Source: Eremomyces bilateralis CBS 781.70 (lineage: Eukaryota). From it: a stretch of DNA of 64,000 nucleotides. Shown one piece after another: positions 51,261 to 62,498 of this stretch. Where the stretch lies: NCBI GenBank assembly GCA_010015585.1, contig ML975151.1; one strand, given 5' to 3'. The notes below the pieces were generated by a model. That model saw only the letters and a program-made list of their open reading frames with translations, had not been told where the DNA came from and searched no databases. Position 1 is the stretch's first letter. Every line of letters starts with the position of its first letter. The position numbers and the translations under genes are program-made.

Positions 51261-54217
51261 ATGCCGCCGGCCGGAAAGTCTCAAGCCGACCTCCAAGCCC
51301 AGCGGAAAAAGGTATGGCACAACGCGTTGCTTACTCGACACCGTCCGCTAATCGTATCTTCTCCTATAGCTCATCAACTCGTATCAGGAACTCTTAGAGT
51401 ATGTCCACATCCTTGATAGGTCGCTCTTGTTTGGAAGGATGATGCCTAATGTCTACCCAGGGAATTCTCGAGCGAAGAGCTCCGCAATGTTGGAAACTAC
51501 TCCCTAGGCCGTCTTATCGGCAAAGGATCGTTCGGAAAGGTGTACCTGGCCACTCACAAGCTCACCAATGGTTCCAAGGTACGATGGAGGAGACCCGAGT
51601 GGTATACAATCAAATCACTAAACCGATCTAGGTCGTCCTCAAGTCCGCTAGGAAAGATGACGCGAATCTCGCCCGCGAAATCCACCACCACCGACAATTC
51701 CTCCATCCTCACATCGCGCGTTTATACGAAGTCATAGTCACTGAGAAGCTTGTATGGCTGGTGTTGGAGTACTGTCCAGGTCCGTGTGTATCATTCAATA
51801 TGCTCTTCCAGCTCTGACGAACCGAATACAGGGGACGAGCTCTATACCCATTTGCTGAACCATGGCCTGATGGAACCGTCCAAAGTCCAGCGCATTTTCA
51901 CACAGCTGGTCGGCGCCGTCGCATACGTACACCAAAAGTCATGCGTTCACCGAGATCTAAAACTGGAAAATATACTGCTAGACAAGCATGGGAATGTCAA
52001 GCTGGTCGATTTCGGATTCACTCGGGAGTACGAAGGAAAGTCGAGCTACCTTCAGACTTGGTGTGGCACCGTGTGTTACAGCGCGCCGGAAATGTTGAAA
52101 GGGGAAAAATATGCCGGCGAAAAGGTCGATGTCTGGAGTCTGGGTATCATACTGTATGCGTTGCTATGCGGCGAGTTGCCGTTTGATGAAGATGACGAAA
52201 CCGCTACGAAAACACGAATATTGAAGCAGGAACCGAAATACCCCGACACCCTTCCACAGGGCGCGAAAGATCTGATTGCCTCCTTGCTGTCGAAGCGACC
52301 GCTTCTACGACCATCGCTTTCAGACATTCTCACGAATCCGTGGCTTGCGGAGCATGCGCCTCATCAAGTTCATATCCTCAAACTTCAGCAGCCGGAACCG
52401 TTTTCCACGGAGCTCGAGACGCAGACGCTGGCGAGAATGAAGAGCGCGGGCGTCAGCATTGACATGGTGATCACGCACGTCCTTGAGATGCACTGTGACG
52501 CCTTGGCTGGATGGTGGGCCTTACTGATCGAGAAGGAGGAGCGAAAGGCGAAGCGGCTCGAGCGGAAGCGAAAAGAGCGGGAGGCGGAAGTCAAGAGTCT
52601 ACGTCGATTGAGTGCAGCCAGCAGCCGTCTGGAGCGCATGGCACCAACCATTCGAGAGACGGATGAAGAGGGTCTCCATACCGTCCTGATGGGCGATCCT
52701 CCGAAGTCAAGAGGCCGGAATCCCAATCGATTGAGTTCTCGTAGGTCTACCACTCTTCAAACTTGACATTCGCTAATGCTCTCACAGAAGCCATGGTACC
52801 TGATTTGCCAAATGTTCAAGAGACTTCCGTATCCCCGCAAGCAGAAATTGAAAATTGGCCACCACCTCCCATCGACAAAGATCCGAGGCCTACCCGTCGA
52901 TCCGCCAGTTCATCAAGATCCCGTCCTCCTCTTCCGCCCAAAGAGCGCCGTGTTTCCCGCGGCAGTATGCTTCACCTTGTCACCACCAACGCGGACCTTG
53001 CGCCTTCGAATGGTATTTCCAACAACGGCGCCATCACGAAGCGTCGCAAATACCAACCGCCTCTCCTAAATCAATTCCTACAACTTAAGCACTGGATCAA
53101 GGAGTCCGCCAAACGCACCCGCAGCCCTTCGATTAAGTCATCCAATCCGAGCTCCAAATCCTCCCCGCAATCCCAACAACCCGCCCCTCGCCGCCACAGC
53201 GCCGCGCTCCGTCAAGGCGACCAAATCCACCGTCTCTCCATCACCCGCCCCGCCCCCGAAACCCCCACACGGCTCTCCCGCCCTGACCTCCCCTCGCACG
53301 CCCGCGGTTCAGGCCCTCAGCGCCCGCGCATCACCACCTCCACCACCCCCGTCGGCATGCACGCCAAGCCCCGCCCCTCCCTCTCCCCCTCCCCCATCAC
53401 CCCGCACGCCTCCTACCGGCGCTCCTCCGGCCTCCGCGGCCGCAAATCCACCTCCAGCTCCGTCTCTAGCATCCGCAGCTTCCACCACGCCCACACCCAC
53501 AGCAAAACCAGCTCCACCTCCTCCGCCTCCGCCTCCATCGCCTCCCCCGTAGCCTCCACCGCCCCCGCTGCCGCCGCCGCCCTTCTCGGATCCGGCGCCG
53601 TCCCGCCCAATGTCAACGGCACCAGCGGCAGCGGCTCGACGTCGCCGAACGCGTCGGTCCTCGCACCGTCCGGCAGCGCGGGCGCGAGCGCGACGGGGCC
53701 GTTCGGGCGCGACGGACCAGTGCGCAAGTCGGCGCCGAAGCCGCTGCTGGCGCTGAGCGAGAGCGCAGCGGCGTTTTCGAGCCTGCCGCCGCCGAGTCCA
53801 GGGTTGATTTTCACGAAGCGGAAGCGGAGTCCGTTTAAGGGACCGGTGTTGGGGTTGAGTGCAATGGGGGGGAGTCCGGGCGGGAGGGCGCGGGTGGGGA
53901 GTAATGAGGGGAGTCGAAGTGGGAGTGTAGGGAGGAGGAGTGGAGAGGGGGTGATTGAGGAGGAGGAAGAGGAGGGGGAAGACGGGGAGTTGGTAGAGGA
54001 TGTGGACGAGGATGGAAGTGGGAGTGTGATTGTGAAGGGGGTGGGGATGGGAGGGATGGCGTTCCTCGGCGAGGAAGAGGATGAGGAAATCGAGGAAGTG
54101 GACGTGTTTAGTCCGGTGCAGGACGGGGAAGAGGTGGTGGTGGTCGAGCCCGGGGAAGATGTGGAGGAGGCGATACGAAAGGAGAGGGAGAAGGCAAGGA
54201 TGGCGGCGAAGGTGTAG
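51261..54217 (+). CDS. CAMK-like Ser/Thr protein kinase (Ppk16-like), multi-exon
   Basis: NVGNYSLGRLIGKGSFGKVYLATHKLT, VVLKSARKDDANLAREIHHHRQFLHPHIARLYEV, HRDLKLEN, DFG, CGTVCYSAPE; long S/P-rich C-terminus with RGRKSTSSSVSSIRS; several short introns. Confidence 0.88.
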
Positions 54218-56550
54218 CGAAGGACCTGGCATGCGATACGTTGTTGTACTATTCTGAGCCCCTGGGAGGGGACATATACCCTGTTTTGGTGTTCTTCATT
54301 TGTTCCCCCCCTCCGATCCCTTTGTCACTTCTCTTCTACCGTATGTTTTTACGTCCCTAATTATTCGGGGTCAAGCGAGTGTCAGTCTACCCATCCTGTC
54401 TACGGCTGTATCACCTTTTGTTTATACCATAAGATAATCCAATTCTGAGAGCTTGCAGGTCTATCCGATTCTCGCTGCTGGCGGTGAGAGCGAGAATCTT
54501 CGCTCCCCACCGCTACCCTCCGCTGTTACACCAATAAATAGCACAATTGGCCATCCCCACCACGTGTGTAACGCCTGGATACGATGTTCTCTAGGGTTGG
54601 AAATGGCGGTGCGGTCGACTGCTGGGTCCCCAAAGTGATCAAGTGTGCGAGAACTCTGGATCGCAGTCGGTCCTTAAGGTACTCAAGCACATTATTGCTA
54701 CACCTTTCGTGATGTAAGGCACTATGATGCCGTTAAAACACAGGGCGCCCTGATGAGATTACTGGCCTCGATGTTACATCCGCTGATCCGCATAATCTCG
54801 TGGACCCGGAAGGATTCTATCGGCTGCCGCCCTTGGTCGTACAACGTATGTGAGCGTGCTGGCCACTGTCGATCGGTCAAGCCGCAACGAGATTTCTCCA
54901 TTCGTGGGCGGAGCCAGGCGGTCGCTCCAGGCAAAGTTCATGGGCAATGATCGAATGATGTTTGCGAATAAAATGACTGGTGCGACTTCAAGCCGTCATT
55001 GGAGAATCCCACAAAGCAAGGACGCCATGCCTTCCCGACGATACGTCCCGTCCGCAGCAATAATGCCTTAAGAATTGATAATCGACATGATAAAAAGGTG
55101 TCCAAGCGAGATTGGCAACGTCCGAGTCCTTAAATATGTCTACCTGCATGCAAGTATTTCTGTACAACATGTAGGTCGGTGAAGTTGTATTGTCTCAGAC
55201 TCGAAGAACAATGTCAAGTCGTCAACTGACCGGCGAAGTAAGGATGCCCCTTTCATCCTCTTCATAGATCTACTTTGGGAAACCGTATCCCGTACTTCCT
55301 CTTCGTCTTTATCGATAGTACCTGCTTCTGATGTGGCCTTTTCCAATGATATCCCGTCTTAAGGTCGCTCAACGGCTGCAAGTAAGCAGCCGTCCCGCAT
55401 CAAGTCCCCCGAGATCGCACCGTTGAGCTAGGAAATATGAAGAGAACAACGCTGCTTGTTCAAGTATCGAAAAAGCGCCATCGCAAAACAAGAAAGCAAT
55501 GTTGCACGACGTATCCGTATATTCGCTCTCATTGGACCCTACCGGCATCATCCCTTGAATCCCTTCGCCATCCCACCCCAGCGAGGATCTTCCCGTGTGA
55601 GCGTTGAGCTGTGGGCAATCAACTAGGCAGGGCAGTCCTGGGGACGATGGGGTTCCCATATTGGGCAGGTCGGTGCAACGGAGCAAGGCTTGTATCCCAT
55701 GAGTTTGCACGGCTACACGAAACTGAGGCCAGGGAAGGGGATAGCTTCGATGGCGGCATAAATACGAAAGGAAATCGGGTTCGTGATCCTGTTCCTACAG
55801 GATTAGTCTCATTGTCCAGTCCATTCACTTCGCATCGTCTGCAAGGAATACATAAAGCGGTGGTTGTGTGCTTCCACTTTGGACTGTCATACCACGCCGT
55901 ACACCTCGCCGACAACTGTCAATTCATTCAAGTCTATCCAAAAGCTGCAGTGTCATTCATCATCTCAAATCATTCCATAACCCCTTCAAAAAAGTTACAT
56001 CAAATCCGACGATCAAGTTCTAGCGTCTCTTTTTGTCCACACTTTTTCGCTTCTGCCAAAGCAACCCTGGTCTCACGTACCAATAATAGCTTCTGATAAC
56101 CATCGGCCCCGTCACTCGGCAGCTCCACTGACAGCGGGGATTGACTGACCCTCGCCCGGTCCTATCGCCAATCTAAGCCGACGACGCCGTGCCAAACTGC
56201 CAATAAATCCTACCTGGCCTCCAGCGTCGCCACTATCTCACAGGCTGGCCCGAGTCACCTCGACCGCTTCCCCATATCCAATTCCACTCGTCTCGAGGAT
56301 TCCGATTTCACTCCATAAGACTTGGTCCCTGCCGGCGACCATGACGAGATCCTACAACTGTTCCCACGATATCTGATCCCAAGCTACCCTCTGCGCGAGC
56401 CGGAACTGCGAAGCGGAACTCTCGTGTGAGGAGTCGACCGCTAGAGGGAAATCTTAAGGTCTAGGATAAGACAGACGAAGGCAGAAGCAGCCGGCTCGAC
56501 AATATTCACGGCTATCGGTGAAAGAGGTGGAAGGAGGCTTGCCGGCGATC

Positions 56551-58466
56551 ATGGACTACAATGACCGAACAATCAATATGAAGATGTACACACCGTCCTC
56601 CACCGAATCGCCCAGAAGAGCCTCACTTCCTCCCGACTACCTGGCATATGAAGGTGACACTAGAGACCCAAAGCTTCCCTTATCCCGGCGCATCATCGAC
56701 AGTTTCAAAAGAGACCCGGCACATGTCCACACCATCACACCACGGGGAGCAGTAGGTAGCGATGGGAAGTTGTTCGACGTCGAGGGCGCTGCTGAGGCGA
56801 CGGCGACGTCGCCTTTATTGCGGAAGTTGAAGGGAAGGCATTTGCAGATGATTGCAATCGGAGGCTCAATAGGTGGGATAAACATATCTGGAAACCCGTG
56901 GATGCATCGGCTGACTGGATCCAATAGGAACTGGTCTTTTCGTCGGATCAGGAAGTGCGTTGGCACAAGGTGGCCCAGCTTCATTATTGCTGGCTTTCTT
57001 GTTGGTTGGGATCATGATGTATTGCACCGTCCATGCTCTGGGGGAAATGGCGGTGCTCTTCCCCGTCGCTGGATCCTTTTCCGCATATTCCACGCGGTTT
57101 TTAGATCCAGCCTGGGGGTTCGCCATGGGTTGGAAGTATGTGTTGCCCCAAGTCGGTCTTAACCAAAGACATCGCTGACTTCCACAGCTATGTCCTCCAG
57201 TGGCTCGTCGTTCTACCCCTCGAGATCGTCGCCGCCTCGCTCACCATTGAATTTTGGAATCATGGCAGGATCCACAGCGGTGCCTGGGTTGGCATCTTCC
57301 TCGTCCTTATCGTCATCATCAATCTTTTCGGGGTCAAAGGCTACGGTGAAGCGGAATTCGTTTTCAGCATTATCAAGATCACCGCGGTCATCGGCTTCGT
57401 CATCTTAGGCGTTATCCTCAACCTGGGCGGGGGTGAGGACGGCTCCTACATTGGCGGTCGCTACTGGCGCGATCCTGGCGCCTTTAATAATGGCTTCAAA
57501 GGCCTCTGCTCCGTCTTCGTTGTTGCTGCCTTCGCCTTCGCAGGGACCGAACTGGTTGGCCTTGCTGCCGCCGAAACCGCGAATCCGCGTAAATCACTTC
57601 CGACCGCGGTTAAGCAGGTCTTCTGGCGTATCACCCTCTTCTACGTCGTCTCCCTTCTGCTTGTGGGGCTACTCGTCCCCTACAATGATGAGCGACTCCT
57701 TGGGAACCCCGAGCTCTCTATTGACACGAATGCCTCGCCTTTTGTCCTCGCCATTCAAAACGCTCGCATCGAAGGCCTCCCCTCCGTCATGAACGCTGTA
57801 ATCATGATTGCGGTCCTCTCCGTTGGCAATTCATCCATCTACGGCAGCTCGCGCACATTGGCCGCGCTCGCCGAGCAAAACCAAGCGCCGCGAATTTTCG
57901 CCTATATCGACCGACAAGGTCGCCCCATCGTAGGTATCGGCCTCGCGTCCGCACTCGGCCTGCTCGCCTTCCTGGCCGGCACCAACCGGGAACAGGACGC
58001 CTTCAACTGGATGCTCGCCATCTCGGGCCTATCCAGCATCTTCACCTGGGGCTCCATCTGCCTCGCGCACATCCGCTTCCGCAAGGCGTGGAAGGTGCAG
58101 GGCCATACGCTCGACGAGCTGGCGTTCCGCAGCCAACCCGGCGTGATCGGCTCCTGGATTGGGTTCATTTTCAATGTGCTCGTCCTCATCGCCCAGTTCT
58201 GGATCGGGTTTGCGCCGGTGGGATACGCCGACAAGACGCCGCGCGAAAACGCCGAAGCTTTCTTCTCCGTCTATCTGGCCGTTCCGATCGTCATCGCGTT
58301 CTATCTGCCGTACAAGTTGTGGCTGCGCACGAGAGTCGTGAGGAGCCATAATATGGATCTCCATACCGGGATTCGAGAGCTGAATCTTGCAGAGCTCGTG
58401 GCGGATGAGAGGGCGGAGAGGAAGTCCTGGCCGAGATGGAAGCGATTCTACAAATACTTCTGCTAA
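56551..58466 (+). CDS. GAP1: Amino-acid permease (YAT family, Gap1-like), 3 exons
   Basis: RKLKGRHLQMIAIGGSIG/TGLFVGSG, FLDPAWGFAMGW, VKGYGEAEF, FAFAGTELVGLAAAETANPRKSLP, multiple TM helices, terminal FC. The ortholog assignment within the family is tentative. Confidence 0.88.
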
Positions 58467-59120
58467 TGAAGCTGTAGCGTCGAATACTTGTTCTCTCGCC
58501 TAGTTGGCTATTTAGGTTTGGTTTTCGGTCTTTTCGAGTTTTGATGAAACGAGCGTAATGAGTTATGGCGCATGTACAGGCTGATGGAGCAGTCTTCCGC
58601 TACTAGATATGGCCAGGATTTTTCGGCGATATGGGTCTAAGATCATGGTATGACACGCCCCAACGATGGATGACGCTTGATATGGGACGATTCGTTTAGA
58701 CGATCCGACCGGACCTCATTTTCCGGCTTTGTTATCGGCTAACGCATGTACGGGAGAGGAATAATTAATAGTACATCCCTCAAACTCATAATATCTCTAA
58801 AGGAAAACGGGGATCAGTACTGCCACCATAGACAGTGATTGGGAGTCAGTACGTTTGCAATATATTGTAAAATTGATCCAATGGAGTGTCCGACGCCTCT
58901 CTACCAACAAGCACCGAGTTTACTGTCAACGTGAGAGTAATCTCGAGATTTATCTCCTACCTTTCATAGAAAGACTCGTTCTGTTCAAAGCAGAGGCTAT
59001 GCGAACCTCTCCCTGATTCAGTCGTACCTGATCCACTTGGGATCTAGGCCATCATCCACTGCGCTCTTTATGTTCTGCTAGTTCTGCACGGCATCCTTCA
59101 GGGTTTTTGTAACAGACATG

Positions 59121-59255
59121 TCATGCTTCCTTCACATGACAGTCGGGGCACTTGTCCATATCAACCAGTCGCTCTTCTTTCTTGCATTCGCTACCCTTCC
59201 GGACGAAGTTGTCACGGTTGTGAGCACAGGAGTAGTCGATTTGGTAACGACATAT
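59121..59255 (-). pseudogene. Small Cys/His protein paralog with ATG>ATA start loss
   Basis: caacaATA TGT... reads (I)CRYQIDYSCAHNRDNFVRKGSECKKEERLVDMDKCPDCHVKEA*, same Cys/His spacing as the intact copies. Confidence 0.6.
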
Positions 59256-59523
59256 TGTTGTGACCACTGGTGGTTTGGGTCGACTCACTGCAGGGGGAAA
59301 CGCTTGTCCAGTGCTAATGAGGCAAGAAAATGACTGTTGAGGCGTCGGCTATAGTCCTACACTAACAAGCAGGAGGATTGCGAGATAATTATACTCTAAT
59401 GCGAGTCATCCATTGACTGGAACTCCATTCCCATGCTAGACAGTCTGTACCCTTTCTCGCAATGTCACTGTGACTCGGTGCTTCCTTTATCTATCAGTCC
59501 CTCAGAAAAGTGCCCAGGACTTC

Positions 59524-59750
59524 CTAATCTTCCCAGGCGTATTCATACATATGCTCCACATCAGTGAACCAGCACGCCTCTATACGGCAGGCTTTTACTA
59601 GGCACAAATGGAATGGTTTCTCCAGATTGTCGTCGCAGAGATGGGACTTTGATTCATCTATCAGCTCCCCAGGTTGTTTACAGTCGCAGTTTTCCTGCAC
59701 GAGGAACCGCGTGGGGTGGAGCAGGCCCATTGGATTATTTAGTAACACAT
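59524..59750 (-). pseudogene. Small Cys/His protein paralog with premature stop and 1-nt frameshift
   Basis: ATG TGT TAC TAA ATA ATC CAA TGG GCC TGC TC/CAC... gives MCY*IIQWAC(S)HPTRFLVQENCDCKQPGELIDESKSHLCDDN. Confidence 0.5.
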
Positions 59751-60314
59751 CGTTATCGTTTCAGGTGTGGGGATCGATGGTAGGTTTTGGAACCGACTTG
59801 CTGGTATACTAGGGTCAATGGGAGGTTCGATCAGTGAATGTGCCAGTCTGAGTAGTGCCTGTCATGACTGTTGTCCCTGAGTTTTTATACCTGGCCATTC
59901 TACGTTTCTCCAGATACTTTGTCCTAGTTATACTGGCATTCCGGTAGTCATATCTTGGTTTTACATGTGCGTGTGGGGCTATGACTGTCTGTGATGATGA
60001 GTATTCCAATATTTAGGCACTTCAAGTGAGATTACTTCCAATACACGCGAACCTTTATTTTATTCTTTCAGGAGAAAAGTCCTATAACACAGTATTAAAT
60101 CTTCCAGATAATTAACTAGCAAGCACCGAGCTACATTCACGTAATCATCAATTATATTTCTAATTGTCCATTGGCCACACTCACTAGCACTGAACCTACT
60201 TCCACACAGACAGAGTTCTTCCGTACACTACCACCCTCTAGATCCAACTTATACCGCATAACAAATAAGTCCTGGATATTCTGAGCCAGTACTCCGAACC
60301 AGTCACAAAGAAGA

Positions 60315-60539
60315 ATGTGTTATTCTATGGTCTTCCATCGTTGCGGACATCGGTTCAATACAGATCAATTGACTCGCTGCGCGTGTCACAACTTTGCCAG
60401 CGCCATGGTTGATTATTGTGATGATTGCATAAGAGAACGGTCAAATCTCCACAGAATCTTGAAGGGACCCACCAATGGGGCCACCAACGGAACCATTCGG
60501 GAGGCAGTCAACGGTTCCCAAGGGTTCCCAATGGTGTGA
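60315..60539 (+). CDS. Small Cys/His putative zinc-binding protein (74 aa)
   Basis: MCYSMVFHRCGHRFNTDQLTRCACHNFASAMVDYCDDC...; A at -3 of the ATG; motif shared with neighbouring paralogs. Confidence 0.65.
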   Translation: MCYSMVFHRCGHRFNTDQLTRCACHNFASAMVDYCDDCIRERSNLHRILKGPTNGATNGTIREAVNGSQGFPMV

Positions 60540-61404
60540 ACCACACAGCGTCCAATGATAGACCTAGTTCTACTTCGAAGACTTGATTGACTTATCAATC
60601 GTGGGGACCGACTTGGATCAAATGGGATTTGACAAGAATGGAAGGATTACACAGGCACTGGGGCCTCAACAATGCTTTATACCTTCTATTTCAATACTGT
60701 AGTCCGGGGGATGGAGAGCAATTCTAAGTCTCGGATGTTAAGCTCAATTATTCAAGTTTAAATCGATACTGAGTAGCACTAATATGACTAGTCCCTAGAG
60801 GTGAATCCAAGTTCTATAAGGCACCGTGTGGGCATAGTGTGAGGGGAAATTAAAATACTTCAAGCCTGATCACAGTGATCTATATCTAAATATGACTTGG
60901 CTAAACAAATAATACGGTATTTAAGCCCCTTAGGTCCTTCTGTAATGATTGTCAGTGCTGCTGCTCCATACGAACTGAATTTCGATGACGATCAAAGTTA
61001 ACATTATTGTAAACGAGTGAAGTATTTTTTTCTTGATCATATAATTACGTGTAGGAACTGCTAGGAGTCATGCTGGATCATTTTTGTTAGAGTCCCAATT
61101 GTCCCCCAGGATATGGAAGAGTCACAATCTGCTAGCATGATTTACCTTCTCCGAAAAGAGGCATAATGTTATGTCGCTCACAGAGGGCGGTAGAATTTAG
61201 TATCAGAATATTCCCATGCAGTTTGGGGTTGACAAGATTAAGTTGCTATTTCATCCTATGAGATACACCATCGATTACATGTGATCAGCTGTCCCATTTC
61301 GACACCATAATCTTCTCCATATTCAGCCTCCTATTGGCTTTCATGAGATACAGTAGGATTGGAAGCATCCTAATACAGGTCTTCAATATCCGCGGAGACT
61401 TGAC

Positions 61405-61566
61405 CTATCTTTGCGTCTCATCATTATCACCATATACCTGTTTTACGGGCGCACAAATGGAACATAGCCTGGCTCTAATGATATCCATATCGCTCTTGCA
61501 TGGACAGGTTGGGTGGCGGGCATCTTCCTTGTGCCCACACTCATACGTGACGTGGAAGTCGCACAT
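61405..61566 (-). CDS. Small Cys/His putative zinc-binding protein (53 aa)
   Basis: MCDFHVTYECGHKEDARHPTCPCKSDMDIIRARLCSICAPVKQVYGDNDETQR*; preceded by a pyrimidine-rich leader. Confidence 0.65.
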   Translation of the reverse strand: MCDFHVTYECGHKEDARHPTCPCKSDMDIIRARLCSICAPVKQVYGDNDETQR

Positions 61567-62498
61567 CGCGGCAATGAAATCCTGGGGTATTAGAGTCGGG
61601 GAGCTGAGTACGCGAGAACGTGAGAGGTGCTTGCTGAATAAGGATCCAACCACTGCGGGTGCCGAGCAAAAGGTATATGTACTCCTTAAAGTGCAGGTGG
61701 TGGATGCTGAAGCAGCGAAAGTAGAAGGAGAGTGGAGTTTCATGACTTTATAAGAGCCAGTCGAGGATGTGAAGAACTTAAGGGCAGGTATGACTTTTGC
61801 AGTGACTTCCGTCAATGACTCACAATGGATATCATAATTAACGAGACATAGGATTTGCGACTCATTGGGACTCTGAACAAAAGCTCGTGATATGCTTCCT
61901 TCACAGACTTGGGTGCAGCATCTAGAGTTGAGGTCACAGTCCATATGGCATTTTACAGAAGCATGATTTCTCGACAACACATTTGGATTCGAGTTGGCTA
62001 TAATGATTGTTTGCCAATGACTTAAAACCATCGGAATAAGTCGGCGGACATAGAAAGCTCGTTCTCCCTAATTGAAATCGAATTCGAAAGACAGGCGGAT
62101 AAATGTGACAGATACGTACTCAGTACGGAATATAACTGGACCCCATTCAGGGGAAGATCAGCAACGAAGCGAAAAGCTCGTGAGTTCTGAGTGAGTGAGA
62201 CTGTGAGTGAGTCGCGCTCAGTCAGCATGGTCCAGCGGACGGCAAGCACTAACAATGTCGATTCTGGGGATGGGCTCCATTATTGTCTTTGAACCCCCCA
62301 ACGTGAAAATCGCTTTCATTCATCAAGTCTACCGGTATTGAAACGCCCAGCCCACTTGTCCTTGGCCTCATGATCCGAGGTCAACAATAGGAGTTTCTTC
62401 CATGACTAACTAAGCTGTGTTCGAGGGGGCACGGCAGTCCGGTCTCCTTCACAGCTGATGTAACAGATAATCGGCTTGCACTGCGCCTTTGGCAAGCC

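Noticed and set aside
53309..54232. 307-aa minus-strand ORF
   Set aside because: Antisense to the low-complexity GC-rich kinase tail.
61567..62031. N-terminal extension of ORF 61405-62031, including a C-x7-C (CLVNYDIHCES)
   Set aside because: Non-ATG start, no His after the second Cys and no downstream CxC/CxxC; the real start is more likely MCDF at 61566.
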